Source of the DNA: the human T2T-CHM13v2.0 reference genome, Homo sapiens
Length of the DNA: 64,000 nt
Reading direction: 5' to 3' (one strand)
Assembly: GCF_009914755.1 (NCBI RefSeq)
Contig: NC_060925.1
Below the pieces are notes generated by a model that saw nothing but the letters and a program-made list of their open reading frames with translations, searched no databases and was not told the origin of the DNA. Positions 13,518 through 28,919 of the stretch are shown piece after piece. The number at the start of each line of letters is the position of its first letter. The stretch's first letter is position 1. The translations under genes and the position numbers were made by a program.

Positions 13518-15321
13518 GAACCAGAGGCGACCATTGAAAACTTACTGGTAGCAGAGAAAAATTTAGTTCATTGATTTTTTTTAATTAAATGAGCATATTG
13601 TATTTAGAACACACAGAATTACATGTATAATGCAGTTATTCTTTCCTTTGATACCAGCTAATATTGTTTTACATTCAATATTGTGAGAAAAAAATAGTAT
13701 CAAATTTAACTCTCAATGATAGATTTCTTTACCTAGAAAATAAATACTCTTAGATGCTAAATATACATATAATCAATAATTGCAGCATTTACTTGATATA
13801 TTTAGATCTTTTCTTCAGTCCATTTACAAATATTGGCCAAATAAATCTTTAAAATGGTTTATCGTTTTGTTAATACTTTTAAGTTCTTCCTTTATCTTTG
13901 TCCTTTTAAAAAATGCTTTAGTCATTTATCTTCCAGGCTATAACTATTCAACTATGACAAATTCTGAGGGTTCAATTCATATGGAACTTTTATTATATTT
14001 CATTATAGTTTTAAATCTTAGCAATAGCAAATTTATTCCTGTTAAGTGCAAATCAGAAAAGTCATGTTTTGTCTTCCGAATGTACCTTTTACTTAAACTA
14101 TGTATCTCAGCCACTTTGCTGCAAGCCACATAATAACAGTATAAAAAAAAGAGTAGTAAAGAAAAAAGCTTTTTAATTAGCTTACATTTTAAGAAATGTA
14201 TTAGAAAAATCTGAAAATTCAACCTATGTTTGGGTATAGGGCAAAGTCAGTTAACATAAAGGCAATTACAAAGAGAAAAAAGCTTTCTTCAATGTTGTTA
14301 TTTAACCTATAAATGAATCTCCAATTCACAAGATATATTTACATCTATTCTATCAGTAATCTCTGAAGGAAAGTAACAGTAAATGACTCTCATTGACTAA
14401 GTAGAACTAATAGGTACTAGGATGGACAGGAAGCAGGAAAACTAGGCCTGGAAACAAGGTACTAACAACACAAAAATGAAATATTATCTCATATGTCATC
14501 ACTGGAATGGAAGTTCTTCAACATTTTTTGGTTTGGGTTGCCTTTATTGATTCTTATACAATTATATTCACAGGAAAGAAGTGTAGATTAATTTACGTCC
14601 GTTTTATACACTCTGACAATACCTCTGAAACATATAAAAGGATAAAGCAAAGGAGGGCAATCATTTCCTCTGAGAAAAATGTCTTCTCAGGAGGAAGAAA
14701 TGGAAGATAGGCAAGAAAAAGTGTACAGATGTGCATTACATCAACAGTTGGCTAGCATCGTATATTATAATATTTGAGAGTCTGATTTAAGTTGGTAAAT
14801 TGAAAACAAATTTTGTTGTCCCACTTTTTCTTGTTTTTAAATCTCATTACAATGTTGGGAAATGAATCAATTTATAATTATAAAGATAAGAAACAGAGAT
14901 TTAATATGTTTTTGGAATAAAGAGGACAAATATTACAAACCTGTTTATAAATAGTACAAGTTAAAAAGAGAATACACAGAAGAGAATTACTAGAAAACCA
15001 GCTAAAGAAAGAGCCTATTTACCTTACAGAACCTTAACGAGGTTTGAGATAGTCCACAGACAGTCTAAGAAGAGAAAAAAATATTTTTTAAAAGGTTAAA
15101 ATAAACAGATTATCAGATATGTATTTTATTATATGATGTTACCAATGGCATCTTTGTGTTTCTCTTTAGCCTTTGCCTTCAACTCCCACCTCCATCACAA
15201 AATTAAATAACCTAGGTTTAAATCACAAGAACAAAAACAAGAAACACAGCAAATGTCAAATTTATGACAGCAAAAATCATTGCCTACTCTAAAGACATTA
15301 TCAAAATAACAGGAGAGTTTT

Positions 15322-15680
15322 TAAAATAAATTTGGGGGAACAAGTACAGTATTGTTACATAGATATATTGCATAGTGGTGAAGTCTGAGCTTTTACTGCA
15401 ACCATCACCTAATAGTGAACATTACACACAATAAGTAATTGTTCAACCCTCACCCCTGTGGCACCCCCTACCCTTTTGGAGTCTCCAGTGTCTGTTATTT
15501 CCCGCTGTATAAACTTATGTATACATTGTTGACATCCTACTACCAAGAACATGTCTTATTTGACTGTTTGTGAATTATTCACTTAGGATAATGGTCTCCA
15601 GTTCCATCCATGTTGCTGCAAATGACATGATTTAATTTGTCTTTATGGCTGCATACTATTTCAGGGTGTATATATTATAT
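15322..15680 (-). mobile_element. L1PB3/4-like 3' UTR fragment
   Basis: GGGGGAACAAGT..GATATATTGCATAGTGGTGAAGTCTG..TTCCATCCATGTTGCTGCAAATGACATGAT. Confidence 0.85.
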
Positions 15681-15734
15681 ACACAGACATCAGTCCCCTG
15701 TCTGTTCAGTACAAAATGAATACCCACAAGTCAG

Positions 15735-16565
15735 CAATTTGCATTTCCCTGTGGCTAATAAAGTTGAGCATGTTTTCATTACTTACTGAATATTTGAGGT
15801 TCCTCTTTTGTGAAGTGCTTATTTCTTTATTTTGCCCTTTGGAAAATTTTCGATTTTATTGACTACTGGGATTTCTCTTTTTATATTTGATGTAAGCTAT
15901 TGATATACATATTGGAAATATTTTTATCTATGCTATGGCATGCCCCCAAATACACAGACAAAAGAGTATATTTTGATTAACATTTCATACTTTAAATGAA
16001 GTGCAACTTTCCGTTTTCTCCTTTATAGTTAGAGCTTTGTGGCCCTTTTAAGAAATAATTTACTTGTTCCAACTTTGGAAGCTTTATTTGAAAAATATTT
16101 TTATTAATATTTACTATTCATTTGCCATTTATTCTTCTCTGTGAATGAAGTTGATGACACAATTCTTTTTATTCCTGTGAATATCCAGTTGAGCCCACAT
16201 TATTTACTGAAATAAGCACCCTGATTTTAGCATGTCAATGTCACCTTTATCATAAACTAAGTGCTGAATATGTGTTTCTGGTTTGGGGTATTAATTTTTC
16301 CACTGATTTTTTTTTAATCTATTCTTCCTCGAGCCCCATATTATGTTATTTCACATTATTGTAGCCATGACAGAAATCTTGATAACTGGCAGTATACTTT
16401 TTTTAACTTTGTTTTTTTTCCTTCAAGATTGCTTTGTGATTGTTGGCCCTTTGTATTTTCATCACATTTTAAAGTTATCTTGTCAGTTTTAACCCTAAAA
16501 TAATATGTGCTCTGATTTTAATTGAGATGGAATTCAATAGAGACATTAATTTGAGAAGAATTTAA
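15735..16565 (-). mobile_element. old L1M ORF2 fragment
   Basis: AATTTGCATTTCCCTG..GTTGAGCATGTTTTCAT; ATATCCAGTTG; TTCTTCAAGATTG. Confidence 0.75.
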
Positions 16566-17110
16566 ATGATTATTAGTTTTCTACATTTATTATTTTTAAA
16601 ATACATTTAGGTAATTTTGATTTTCAAATTATCCACTCTTTTAATGTACATTTGCATGTATGGGTGTACAATTTTTCTCAGCACTCCAACATTAAAACTT
16701 TGGGAAGAAAAGTAGGAATCAACCAAGGAAGCAGTGAAGTAGCAGCCAGTAGGGAAAAAAAGAACATGTAGATTCTGGAAGACAATGGAAAAACTAGAAA
16801 GAAAGATTGTAATTGCATTTTGGCCATAATAAAGTAACTGGTAGTAAACTTTCTCTGACAATGTAAACAATTCGAAAATTGGACAAAATAAAAACAAACA
16901 AACAATGTTTGTAGATATTTGACTGCAGGTATGATACTATAGTGATCCCTGAGAGGAGGGAAAGAAACGACGAAAGACCTATAATCATCTCAGGATCCTG
17001 CCTGGATGCCCTTCCCAAATAACATGCAAAAAGGGAGAAACCAAACAGAGCACAGTGGTCTGAGTTGACGAGTCTGAAATGGGAGTTTGGAGTGACAAAG
17101 CTTACAAGAA

Positions 17111-17221
17111 TTTTTTATTTTATTTTATTATTATTATACTTTAAGTTTTAGGGTACATGTGCACAACGTGCAGGTTTGTTACATATGTATACATGTGCCA
17201 TGTTGGTGTGCTGCACCCATT
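17111..17221 (-). mobile_element. L1PA3/4 3'-terminal stub (~110 bp)
   Basis: TTATACTTTAAGTTTTAGGGTACATGTGCACAACGTGCAGG..GCTGCACCCATT; near-identical to 19234-19319. Confidence 0.95.
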
Positions 17222-17224
17222 CTG

Positions 17225-17338
17225 GGAGACTGTGTCTTGTGAGGGCACTCTTCCTGGTTTGCAGACAGCCACTTTCACCTTGTATCCTCACACGGCAGCA
17301 GAAAGCCAGAGGGCAAGCTTTTGTGTCTCTTCTTGTTA
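17225..17338 (-). mobile_element. MLT1A/MST-like LTR fragment
   Basis: GTGAGGGCACTCTTCCTGGTTTGCAGACAGCC..TCCTCACA..TGTCTCTTCTT. Confidence 0.7.
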
Positions 17339-17650
17339 AACAAAGCTGGTTTTAGAGTGATATACCAAAGAGACACATCGTAAAATCAACACTAAATTCC
17401 ACTTACGAAAGAGAGAGAAAGAAAACAACAACAACTACAACTACTAGAATTCTGTATCCTGAGAAATTACTCTTCAAGGGGAAAGAGAAATAAAGACTTA
17501 CTAAGGTAAACAAAATAGAAGGACTTTTTCGCCAGTACATCTACTTTTCAAAATATGTTAAAAGTAGTTCTTCAAAGAGACGAAAAAGGATGTAGGTCAG
17601 AAAGTTGGATCTACATAAAGAAAGGAAGAGCATTAGAGAAGAATTAATGA

Positions 17651-18009
<359 letters not shown>

Positions 18010-18244
18010 TAATTGTCCTAAAAAATAAGTGTTCACATAATAACAAATTATGTAAAGATTATAGTTTATGGATATGTGAAATAATTGACATCAGTGACAA
18101 AAGAAACAAGAGAGTAGAATTAGAAATACTTTGTTATGAATTATTTGCACTCATGAATTAACATAGTGTTATTTAAAAGTAGACTTGTATTAGCTGTAAA
18201 TGCATATTGCAAATTGGCAAACGTGATGGCAGCCATCAGAAAAA

Positions 18245-18305
18245 GTGTGTGTGTATGTGTGTGTGTGTGTGTGTATATACTGTGTATGTATATATCTATA
18301 TACAC
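18245..18305. repeat. (TG)n/(TA)n microsatellite
   Basis: Direct reading. Confidence 0.9.
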
Positions 18306-19213
18306 TTTTTGTGTAAATATATAAATAATATGCTAAGAAAGAAAAGAAAATGGAACCATATAAAGTGTCCAGTTAAAACCACAGAAGGAAGAAAAGGAAT
18401 GAGAGACAAAAATAGAAACAAAAAGAAGTCAACAAATAGAATACAATAACAAAAAATGGTAGGTATTTACCCAAGTATATCAATAATCACTTTAAATGTC
18501 AGTTATTTAAATGTACCAATTAAAAGGCAGAGACTGTCAGAGAGGAATGAAAAAATAGACTCAACTATATGTTGTCTGTAAGAAACAGAATTTAAAGGCA
18601 CATATAGAGAGTATTTTATAAAACATAAAGGCAAGAAGAAGAAATACATTAACACTAATCAAAACAAAGTTGGATTAGCTGTAGTAGTTTTATACAAAGC
18701 ACACTACAGAGCATGGAAAATTATTACTGATAAAGAGGTACATTGCATAGTGATAAATGGGGACAATTCTACAGCAATGTGCAATCTCTAATGTACTGAT
18801 TAGAGATCTAATGTACTGAGCATCAAAATATTTGAGAAAAAAAGATAAAATGGCAAGGAGAAATAGATGAACGCACCATTATAGATGGAAACCTCAACAC
18901 CGTGTGCCAGAAATGGACAGATCCATCATGCAGAAAATCATTAAGGACATAGTTGAATTCAGGAGTATTCTCAATCAACTGGATCTAAATGGCTTCTCTA
19001 GAATACTTCACCCAACAGCAACAGAATAAACATTCTTCTCAAGCTCATATGGAACATTCACCAAGACGGACCACATTTTGGTCCATGAAAAACACTTTAA
19101 CACATTTAAAAGAACAGAAATTACACAATGTGTGCTTTTAGATCATGAAGGAATTATACTAGAAACAAAAATAGCTAGAAAGTCTCAAAATATTTGGAGA
19201 TTAAACAACACCC

Positions 19214-19682
19214 TTTTATTTTTATTTTTTAATTATACTTTAAGTTTTAGGGTACATGTGCACAACGTGCAGGTTTGTTACATATGTATACATGTGCCAT
19301 GTTGGTGTGCTGCACCCATCAACTCGTCATTTACATTAGGTATATCTCCTAATGCTATTCCTCCCCCATCCCCCACCCCCACAACAGTCCCCAGTGTGTG
19401 ATGTTCCCCTTCCTGTGTCCATGTGTTCTCATTGTTCAATCCCCACCTATGAGTGCAAACATGCAGTGTTTGGTTTTTTTGTCCTTGCGATAGTTTGCTG
19501 AGAATGATGGTTTCCAGCTTGATTCATGTCCCTACAAACGACATGAACTCATCATTTTTTTATGGCTGCATAGTATTCCATGGTGTATATGTGCCACATT
19601 TTCTTAATCCAGTTATCATCGTTGGACATTTGGGTTGGTTCCAAGTCTTTGCTATTGTGAATAGTGCCGCAATAAACATACG
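19214..19682 (-). mobile_element. 5'-truncated L1PA4-like
   Basis: Young L1 3' UTR; TSD TAAACAACAC(C/A)CTTTTA starting at 19202 and 19683. Confidence 0.96.
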
Positions 19683-19858
19683 TAAACAACACACTTTTAT
19701 ATCATATATCAAAGAAGAAAGCTCAAGAGAAATTGAAAATATTTTGAAATAAATGAAAATAAAAATACAACTTATAAAAATTTGGGGGATACAGAAAATG
19801 AAGTGTTCAAAGGGAAATCTATGCCATTGAATCCATATATCTAACAAAAGAAGACATA

Positions 19859-19903
19859 TTAGATTGGTGTAAAAGTAATTGCTGTTTTTGCCATTTCTTT
19901 AAT
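19859..19903. mobile_element. half MADE1 (single Hsmar1-type TIR)
   Basis: TTAGATTGGTGTAAAAGTAATTGCTGTTTTTGCCATT versus MADE1 TTAGGTTGGTGCAAAAGTAATTGCGGTTTTTGCCATT. Confidence 0.85.
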
Positions 19904-21017
19904 CCTATCTAAAATTTAAAAATCTAAACTTTCAGGTTAGGAAACTAGAAACTAGATTCAAAAAGAGCAAAAGAGAAACAATAAAAATTAGCACATAATT
20001 TGAATACATTAAAACAGAAAATAGAGACTAAAAACAGAAAATAAATAGACAAAGTCAATGAAACAAAAAACTAGTTTTTTGAAAGGATCAATAAAATTGA
20101 TAAGCCTATAATAAGACTAATAAAAGGAGAACCTATGAATTACTAATAACATAAATTTTAGAGGGGCTATCACTATAGACACTATGGACATTAACAGAGT
20201 AACAAAGGAATACTATGAACAACGCTATGCCCACGAATTTTACAACTCTATGAAAGGGACCATTCCTTGAAAGAAACAATCTGCATAAACTCACATAAGA
20301 AGAAATGGAAAATATTAAGGCCTATTAAACATCGAGTCAACAATTAATAATATTGCAAAACAGAAAAAAAGATGAGTTCAATGATGAATTCTACAAATTA
20401 TTTAAGAAAAAAATATACCAAATTTCTACAATTTATTCCAGAAGATAGAAGTGAGAGAATATTTTCAAACTCATTCTATGAGGCCATCATTATCCCAAAA
20501 TCAAAACCAGACAATGACATTATACGAAAAGACAACTAAAAGCCAGTGTCTCTTATAAGAATTGATGCAAAACTCTTTCACAAAATATTATTAAACCAAA
20601 TCCAACAGCATAAAAGGCACATACACTAAGACCAAGTGGAATTTATTCCAGGTATGCAGGCTGATTCAACATTTGAAAATTAATTAATGTAATTTATGAT
20701 AGTCATGGGCTAAAGAAGAAAAATCTCCTGATCATATCAACAGATGCAGAAAAAATTTCTGACAATTCAGCATCACTTTTAATAAAAACTCCCAGAAAAC
20801 TAAGGATGGGGGAAACATCCTAGACTTGATAATGGATATCTCCAAAATCCTACAGATAACATCTGACTTAACTGTGAAAAAAAATAAAAGCTTTCTCGTT
20901 AAATATCAGAAAAAAAGCAAGGATGCGTGCTCTTACCGCTCTATATCAAGGTTATACTGGATATCCTATCAATTGCAATAAGACAAAAAAAAAAAAGAAA
21001 TAATAGAAGGTGCACTG

Positions 21018-21295
21018 GGCCGGGCATGGTGGCAAAACTCTGTAATTTCAGCACGTTGGGAGGCCAATGTGGGAGAATCCCTTGCATCCAGGAGTTCGAG
21101 ACCAGCTTGGGTAGCAGAGTGGGACCCCGCCTCTACACAAAATAAAATATTAGCTGGGCGTGGTGATGCCTCCCCATAGTCCCAGCTACTGGAGAGGCTG
21201 AGGTGGGAGGATCGCTTGAGCCTGGCAGGTTGAGGCTACAGTGAGCCATGATCGCCTTGGTGAGAGAGTGAGTCTTTGTCTCAAAAAATAAAATA

Positions 21296-21296
<1 letters not shown>
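21018..21296 (+). mobile_element. AluJ
   Basis: GGCCGGGCATGG..GGAGGATCGCTTGAGCC..GAGGCTACAGTGAGCCATGATC. Confidence 0.93.
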
Positions 21297-21628
<332 letters not shown>

Positions 21629-21779
21629 GCAATCTATACTGATTGAGAGGGAAGAAAAAAAACTCTGTTTGTTACAGATGGCATGATTGTCTAAGTAGAA
21701 AATCCTAAAGAATCAATACATAATTTTAGGACCTAATAAACAATTATGGTAAGATTGCAGGGTATAAGAATCAATCACT

Positions 21780-22870
21780 TTTTTTATTTTACTTGGGCAT
21801 ACATTTATAAGTGGAAAGGCTGGGTCAATGGTAACTCTGTGTTTAACTCTTTGAAATGTATGAGAATAATTTACAAAGCAGCTTCAAAATTTTACATTCC
21901 TATTGTCCATGCATGAGGGCTTCAGTTTCTCCACAGCCACATTAAAAACATTATTTTCAAACTTTTTTATTACTATGACCATACCAATAAATCTGAAGTG
22001 GCATCTCATTTTGATTTTCATTATATCAATAAATATTACCTATATTTATTGTAATCTTACTGTTTTCTTTCTTCTGCTTGCTTTTGTTTGGTAGTTTTTA
22101 AATTTCCTAAGGTTTCAGCTAATTAATTCAAATTATTCCTTCTTTTTTAATGTAGACATTTTCAACTACAATTTCCCCTGTGACCTAACATAAAGCCTCC
22201 ATCTCATAAGTGGTGACTGGGAGGAAAAAGAGATGTCCCAACTCTCATCCCCAATTACATGGAACTTAGACTCTGCAAAAAATAGCTGCTGCAGGATGAG
22301 AAATGCTAATGTCCGGTCCCTCCTGATAAATGGCACAGACCTCAAACTGGAGCTGGGCAGAAAGGAAGGATTAAAGTTTTCATCACACTAAGATAAGAAA
22401 AAGTAAGATGTAAACACTACAGACTCTCTGTTCTTTTAAAGTTTTGCTAGGTGTTATTCAAATAAATGTTTCTTCATTTCCTGTATGCAGAATCATCTGA
22501 AAGACTTTAAATAGCAGTTTATTTATTTTAGTAGTTTTCACCAGTTCCACTGGGGTCATGTCCATGCAGGTCCTTACACTGTCATGCCAGAATTTAATCT
22601 CATCTTTTCATTCTTTTTTTGTACTATATTATAGCGTTCAACGTGTAAATAAAACAGTATTTATTCAAGTAGTAGTCCAGCTATGCCCATTTAGGTGTCT
22701 AATATTTTGCTCTCACTGATAATGCTGAGATGAATGACTTCATGCATATTTTTATGTAGGAGATGTTTGTGGAAATGTATATGCAGGTTTACTTCCTTGT
22801 AGTGGGATTGCTGATTCAAAGGGTTAACAAATGGTTTTGTTAGTTATTGCCAAATTTCTTTCCAATTAGA
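21780..22870 (-). mobile_element. mosaic of old L1M fragments
   Basis: GGCTGGGTCAATGGTAACTCT..GTGGCATCTCATT; AGTGGGATTGCTG..TTGCCAAAT. Confidence 0.6.
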
Positions 22871-23316
22871 GTTAAAATCATTTCAATTATAGTCTATTAA
22901 TCAATTTTTCTGACAAACTATAATATACAATATCCGTAAGTGATAACTAAATCTGTCTTTATTAGGAATTAGTAAAGGCTTTATCCATGTAGAATTCTTT
23001 TAAAAAGTATTTCAAGTAAGTCATTGTTCTCTCCTCTTCTTTCTCTCTTCACCCACCTGTCTTTCTCTCTCTCTCTTCCTGTCTTTCTTCCTTGCCTTCT
23101 CTCTTTTCTTATCCTTGTATGAGGATTCTCTTGTGTATTTTAAATTATTCATGCCTCTTTCTTTTTTTTTTAAACTTGATTTGCAGTTTCCTTGAATCAT
23201 GTTACCGTCAATCATTGTGCTTCTAAACTGCTGCTACTCATGAGAACCATGTAATAGTGACATTTGTGAAGTGTATTTTCCTTCAATGCATTCTGCTAAG
23301 GTATTCATTCAACTAA

Positions 23317-23618
23317 TTTTTTCTTTTTTGAGACGGAGTCTCGCTCTGTCACGCAGGCTGGAGTGCAGTAGTGCGACTTGGCTCATTGCAACCTCCGCCT
23401 CCCAGGTTCACACCATTCTCCTGCCTCAGCCTCCAGAGTAGCTGGGACTATAGGCGCCCACCACCATGCCCGGCTAATTTTTTTGTATTTTTGTGTTTTT
23501 ATTAGAGATGGGGTTTCACTGTGTTGGTCAGGCTGGTCTCAAACTCCTGACCTCTTGTTCCACCCACCTCAGCCTCCCAAAGTGCTGAGATTACAGGCGT
23601 GAGCCACCGCGCCCAGCC
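23317..23618 (-). mobile_element. AluS
   Basis: Full dimer; TSD ATTCAACTAATTTTT on both sides. Confidence 0.97.
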
Positions 23619-24049
23619 TTATTCAACTAATTTTTTGAGAACCTATCAAGAATTCAGGATTGATGATATGGATGCAAATATAGACTCTTATTCCAAGGTC
23701 CCTACAGTAGAGGGCTGAAGACAGAGAAGTGATGCTGTCATTATTATTTAAAATATTAAGCTTATAAAGTAAGTACATGAAGAAAAAAAAAGCTGCATTT
23801 TCTTATTATCCAAGAAAAGCTGCCACACTTCTGTGCTGAAACATTTTACTTAGAACTACTTGTCACTCTGCTTAGTGTTGGATTTTGACATGGCAGCTCT
23901 GAGTCTCTGTAGCAGCTCTGCTGAGTTTTCTGGAAGATTTATTTCCTGATTTTTTCGTTTTAAGGCAAAAAGGGTGACTCTTAGGATTAATGAAACCAGA
24001 AAAAAATTAATTGCTCAAATGTATGAATATATAATACTTCTTGTTTAAT

Positions 24050-25058
<1,009 letters not shown>

Positions 25059-25799
25059 TAGTCCAAGGATTTATAGTTTACAATCTAAAACTCACTTTTG
25101 AATAGGGTAGATAAGCTATTTTATCTCACTCTAAGACTTGAAACCAAGAATTCTCTGTATAGAGACCCAATTAAAATGATTGTAGGGAACTTTGAAGACA
25201 TACTGGTTGGGGATTGTAGGAAATCAATGGAGGGTGGAGCTAGTTAGCAATTAAAAATAAAACAAAGATTATATTGAAATATGTCACCAAGAAGAAACAA
25301 TAATTGAGCCTGAAAATAATGCAGTGTGACAAGACCATTTATGCTTTTATCTCTTCATCTATCCTTTCCCTACTCAGCTATTCAATTAGAAATATATCCT
25401 GTAAATTATGTATTGTCCAGGGCTTCAAGAATACAAAGATATATACAAAGATATGCCTGCCAATTTTAAACTAATGTTTTGGGGGCAAAACCAGCTTTTA
25501 AAATACATCACAAAGCAATTTTCATATATTAAAAAGGAGCTTAAACAAGTACATGCCAAGTTTACCAGCATCATCTGAGAAGAAATAAATATAATGCATT
25601 CAGTAGAGATAAACAGCATCATAAAGTTGTTTGTGTGTGTGTGTGTTTCAACTCAAATGAAAAAGAGAAAGCAAGCATTGGAAAGAAACTCATGCAATAT
25701 TGTTATTTTTTCTTCTTTTTTGCTAGCTTGAGCATGCAATCAAATGAAAATTTACAACTTAAATTAAAAGGCAGACTTCAACTGTGAAGATGGGTCCTA

Positions 25800-26100
25800 C
25801 ATTGTGGCAGCACAGTAAGTTTTACATATACTAGATATCCTTTCTGTTTTACTTTAGAAAATCCAAATTTCCTTTGGATAGCAGTATGCCATAGGAGCTG
25901 ATTAATGATTGTTTTAAGTCTATTTTAAAAGATCCTGTTTTCCTTTGCCAGTTAACGAACTAGAGATGGACATGTAAACCAACCCTCGGTAACAACACTT
26001 TGGGAAATTTTGTTAAATGGTTTTGAGGAAAAATATTCCTCCTTATTTGGAAGGAATAAATAGAAGTTTTGTTTTCTTTTTTCCTCTGTGCACTGTTATT
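25800..26100. mobile_element. LTR33-like ERVL LTR fragment
   Basis: TGATTG..TAAGTC..CCTTTGCCAGT..GGACATGT resembles recalled LTR33; very diverged. Confidence 0.4.
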
Positions 26101-26832
26101 TGAGGGTGTAGAATGTTTTACTCCTTCAATTGTGCTATGCCATGAAAAGAAAGGGAATGCTAAAGAATCACACAGTTGTCCAATCAGGGCCATAATATCA
26201 ATAAACTGTTGCATCCAACATTGAAATGCCTAACTCCAAATTTTTTGGTACTATGATATTTCAAAATGAAATCTCCTTAAAAGGACCTGAAGAATCTTGT
26301 AGGAGCTAGATAAATACTTGGTTTAATTCACATATGCTCCAGCTTATTTAATTCAACAGAGATAAGCCAATATAATTAAAAAATGACTGAGAAGACATTA
26401 ATTCTTACACTTTTTTATGCTTAGTTATGTAAAAGTGCTTCTATGTCGATACCTTCCTTTAACAAGCATTTATACAGTTTTTTTGTACAATATACTGGGA
26501 ACTAAAAGGTATATAAAGATAAAATAAAATATCTGTCTAATGGGAAAGATTACATGGTGATCAAATGAAATATTAAGTAGAATGTGACACTGAAACAAAT
26601 TCCAAGGTGTTCAGAAAAATAATAACCATTGTTTTATTTCAGCACTGATGAGAGTATTGTGGAGAAATTGGTGTCAGATTTTTCTTCTCTGAATGTTGGG
26701 TGAAATTGCATAGAAATACATGATGCAAGAATATGTTCATTTCAAAAAAGAATAATTAATAATAAAAATATCATCAGAAAAGTACATTTAAAGACGTGAG
26801 TAAAATGGTTCTATATATTAGATGAAATTGTT

Positions 26833-27098
26833 GTAGAGATTTGCTGTATGGCATAGTGCCAAGAGTTGACAAGCTAGAATGGTCCACTTCAAAAATTAAG
26901 AGGGTAGATCTCATGTCTTGTTCTTACCACAAAAATAAATAAATAAATAAAACAAACAAATAAAAACATGATGATCATGATGACGGTACACATGATGATA
27001 TGATGGTGTTTGCATACGTTCAGACTTATCATATTGTAAGTTATTGCAGTTCTTTCTTCTATGTGTAACAAGTATACCACAATAAAGCTATTAAAAAA
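26833..27098 (+). mobile_element. L1ME-class 3' end
   Basis: TAAGAGGGTAGATCTCATG..GTTCTTACCACAA..ATACCACAATAAAGCTATTAAAAAA. Confidence 0.75.
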
Positions 27099-28919
27099 TG
27101 AAGAACCAGAACAGACAGTAAATAAACATTAGCAAGGGATATTAGATACATTTTTTGAAGGGTTGGCAGAATCAGCAAAGCTATGTGTCCCATTTTACTA
27201 TCTTTCTATAGGGACTTAAAATTTAAAGAAGTGTTTTTAGTGATTGCCCTGATGTAACTATAACTAAAGCTTGACTGTACGGATATAAATGTGGTTTTAT
27301 TAGGTAGGATTGATGGGCAAAAAGAAAATCTGGCACCATAAAGAATTATTAATATTAGGTAACTCTTGTAATAAAAAAAAGTGTATGCTGAATCACAGTA
27401 GTATCTGTGTACTAGTGTATTCATAGTAATTTACTGAAAAACAGGTAAAATTATCTGGTCTTTAACCTCACCAAAAGGAAATCCTATTGTTGTATTTATA
27501 ACTTATGTGTTACTTCATCTTTAAGGTCAGCTTTCTAAATTTTATTATATACCAGATGAATAACAACAAAAACATTAATTTGCAATACAATTCAAGCAAA
27601 AATAACTACCATGAGTACTTTCCAAAACTGATAATTTTATGAATATTTGAGTATATCCATTACTTTACATAGAAAATTATGTGAAATGAATTTAATAAGC
27701 TTTTTGAATTAAGTATTCCCTTGAAGAAATTACATTTTTTAAATACATAGCTTTCTGAAGTAAATGCTCTGACACATTCTCTACAAATGTCATGATATTA
27801 GTCCAGATTTTCTCACTTGAAAAAATTACTTTTATCAGGAAAATGTGTAAGTTTTTAAAACATTGAAGTTTATTTAAGTGTAGACTGTATGGATTAACTA
27901 AATTTTGGCTATTCATTAACATATTATTGGGCAATTATTATTCCTAGTGCTTTGGATTAATGTTGAATAAAGGGCTTGAGGAAACATGATAAAGTTGGAT
28001 CTTGCTCGAAGTAAACTAACAATATAGTAATAGAGATTGGAGTTTTATTTATGTATATTTACATATAGGGATGATAATAGTGGTCAGAGAAAGAAATTGC
28101 TCATACTTCCCAAGATACTCAACAAATGACATAATCGTGCTAGACAATGGAATTTTGAAGGAAGACCTGAAATAAAAAAAAAATGATAAACAAGCAAATT
28201 GATTAGAGGTGAGAAATGTTTTTACTAAATCCATAGATTCACAGAATATACTTAAAAAGAGATATGTTTGAAGGAGATATTTAGAGAGTTTTGCTGTGGT
28301 TCTATTGTGTCAATGCCTTCAATTTCTCTAAAATTTCTGTTGGGTTCAGATTCTTTTTGTTACAAAAGTAAGAAGATACATTTTATTGGGTAATAGGAGA
28401 TGTAAAATGTATTTATATAGATAAAAGTATTATGGAAAAATAAAGGATCGATAAATAACTTTTATTTGTGGTAATAAGACAATAATTTTATAAAGGAGGT
28501 TGTATTTTGGATTGGTGTCAAAGAATACGTCAGATTTTCACAGGCTGAGATGGAAGAAAACTACCTCCAACATAAACAAAAATCTCAAAGGAAATGTATA
28601 AAGCTGTGGAGATTAGTTTGGAGACTGGAACTCAATAAAAGTTTTAGTATAGCTTAAAGTTTTCATATAATTTGGATGTCATAGAAATGTGATATTTGTT
28701 AATGGTTTAGTGAAATGTGGGTTATTCTTTATTTCTAATCCTATTAGAGAAAGAGGTATTGAAACTCTAGAGAAAGAGAAAGAGAGAGAGAGAAAATGAA
28801 TGATTGATTCTCTTAAGTAATTTATAGTCTTAGTGAAAGACAAAAAGACAACACTGTCCACAAAACACAATGCAGAAAAAGATAACATAAATTGCCATTA
28901 ATTTCTTTACTCAGACTTT

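Noticed and set aside
13780-14222. 117-aa and 81-aa ORFs in unique DNA
   Set aside because: AT-rich F/L/I/K-biased chance ORFs; no domain or splice support
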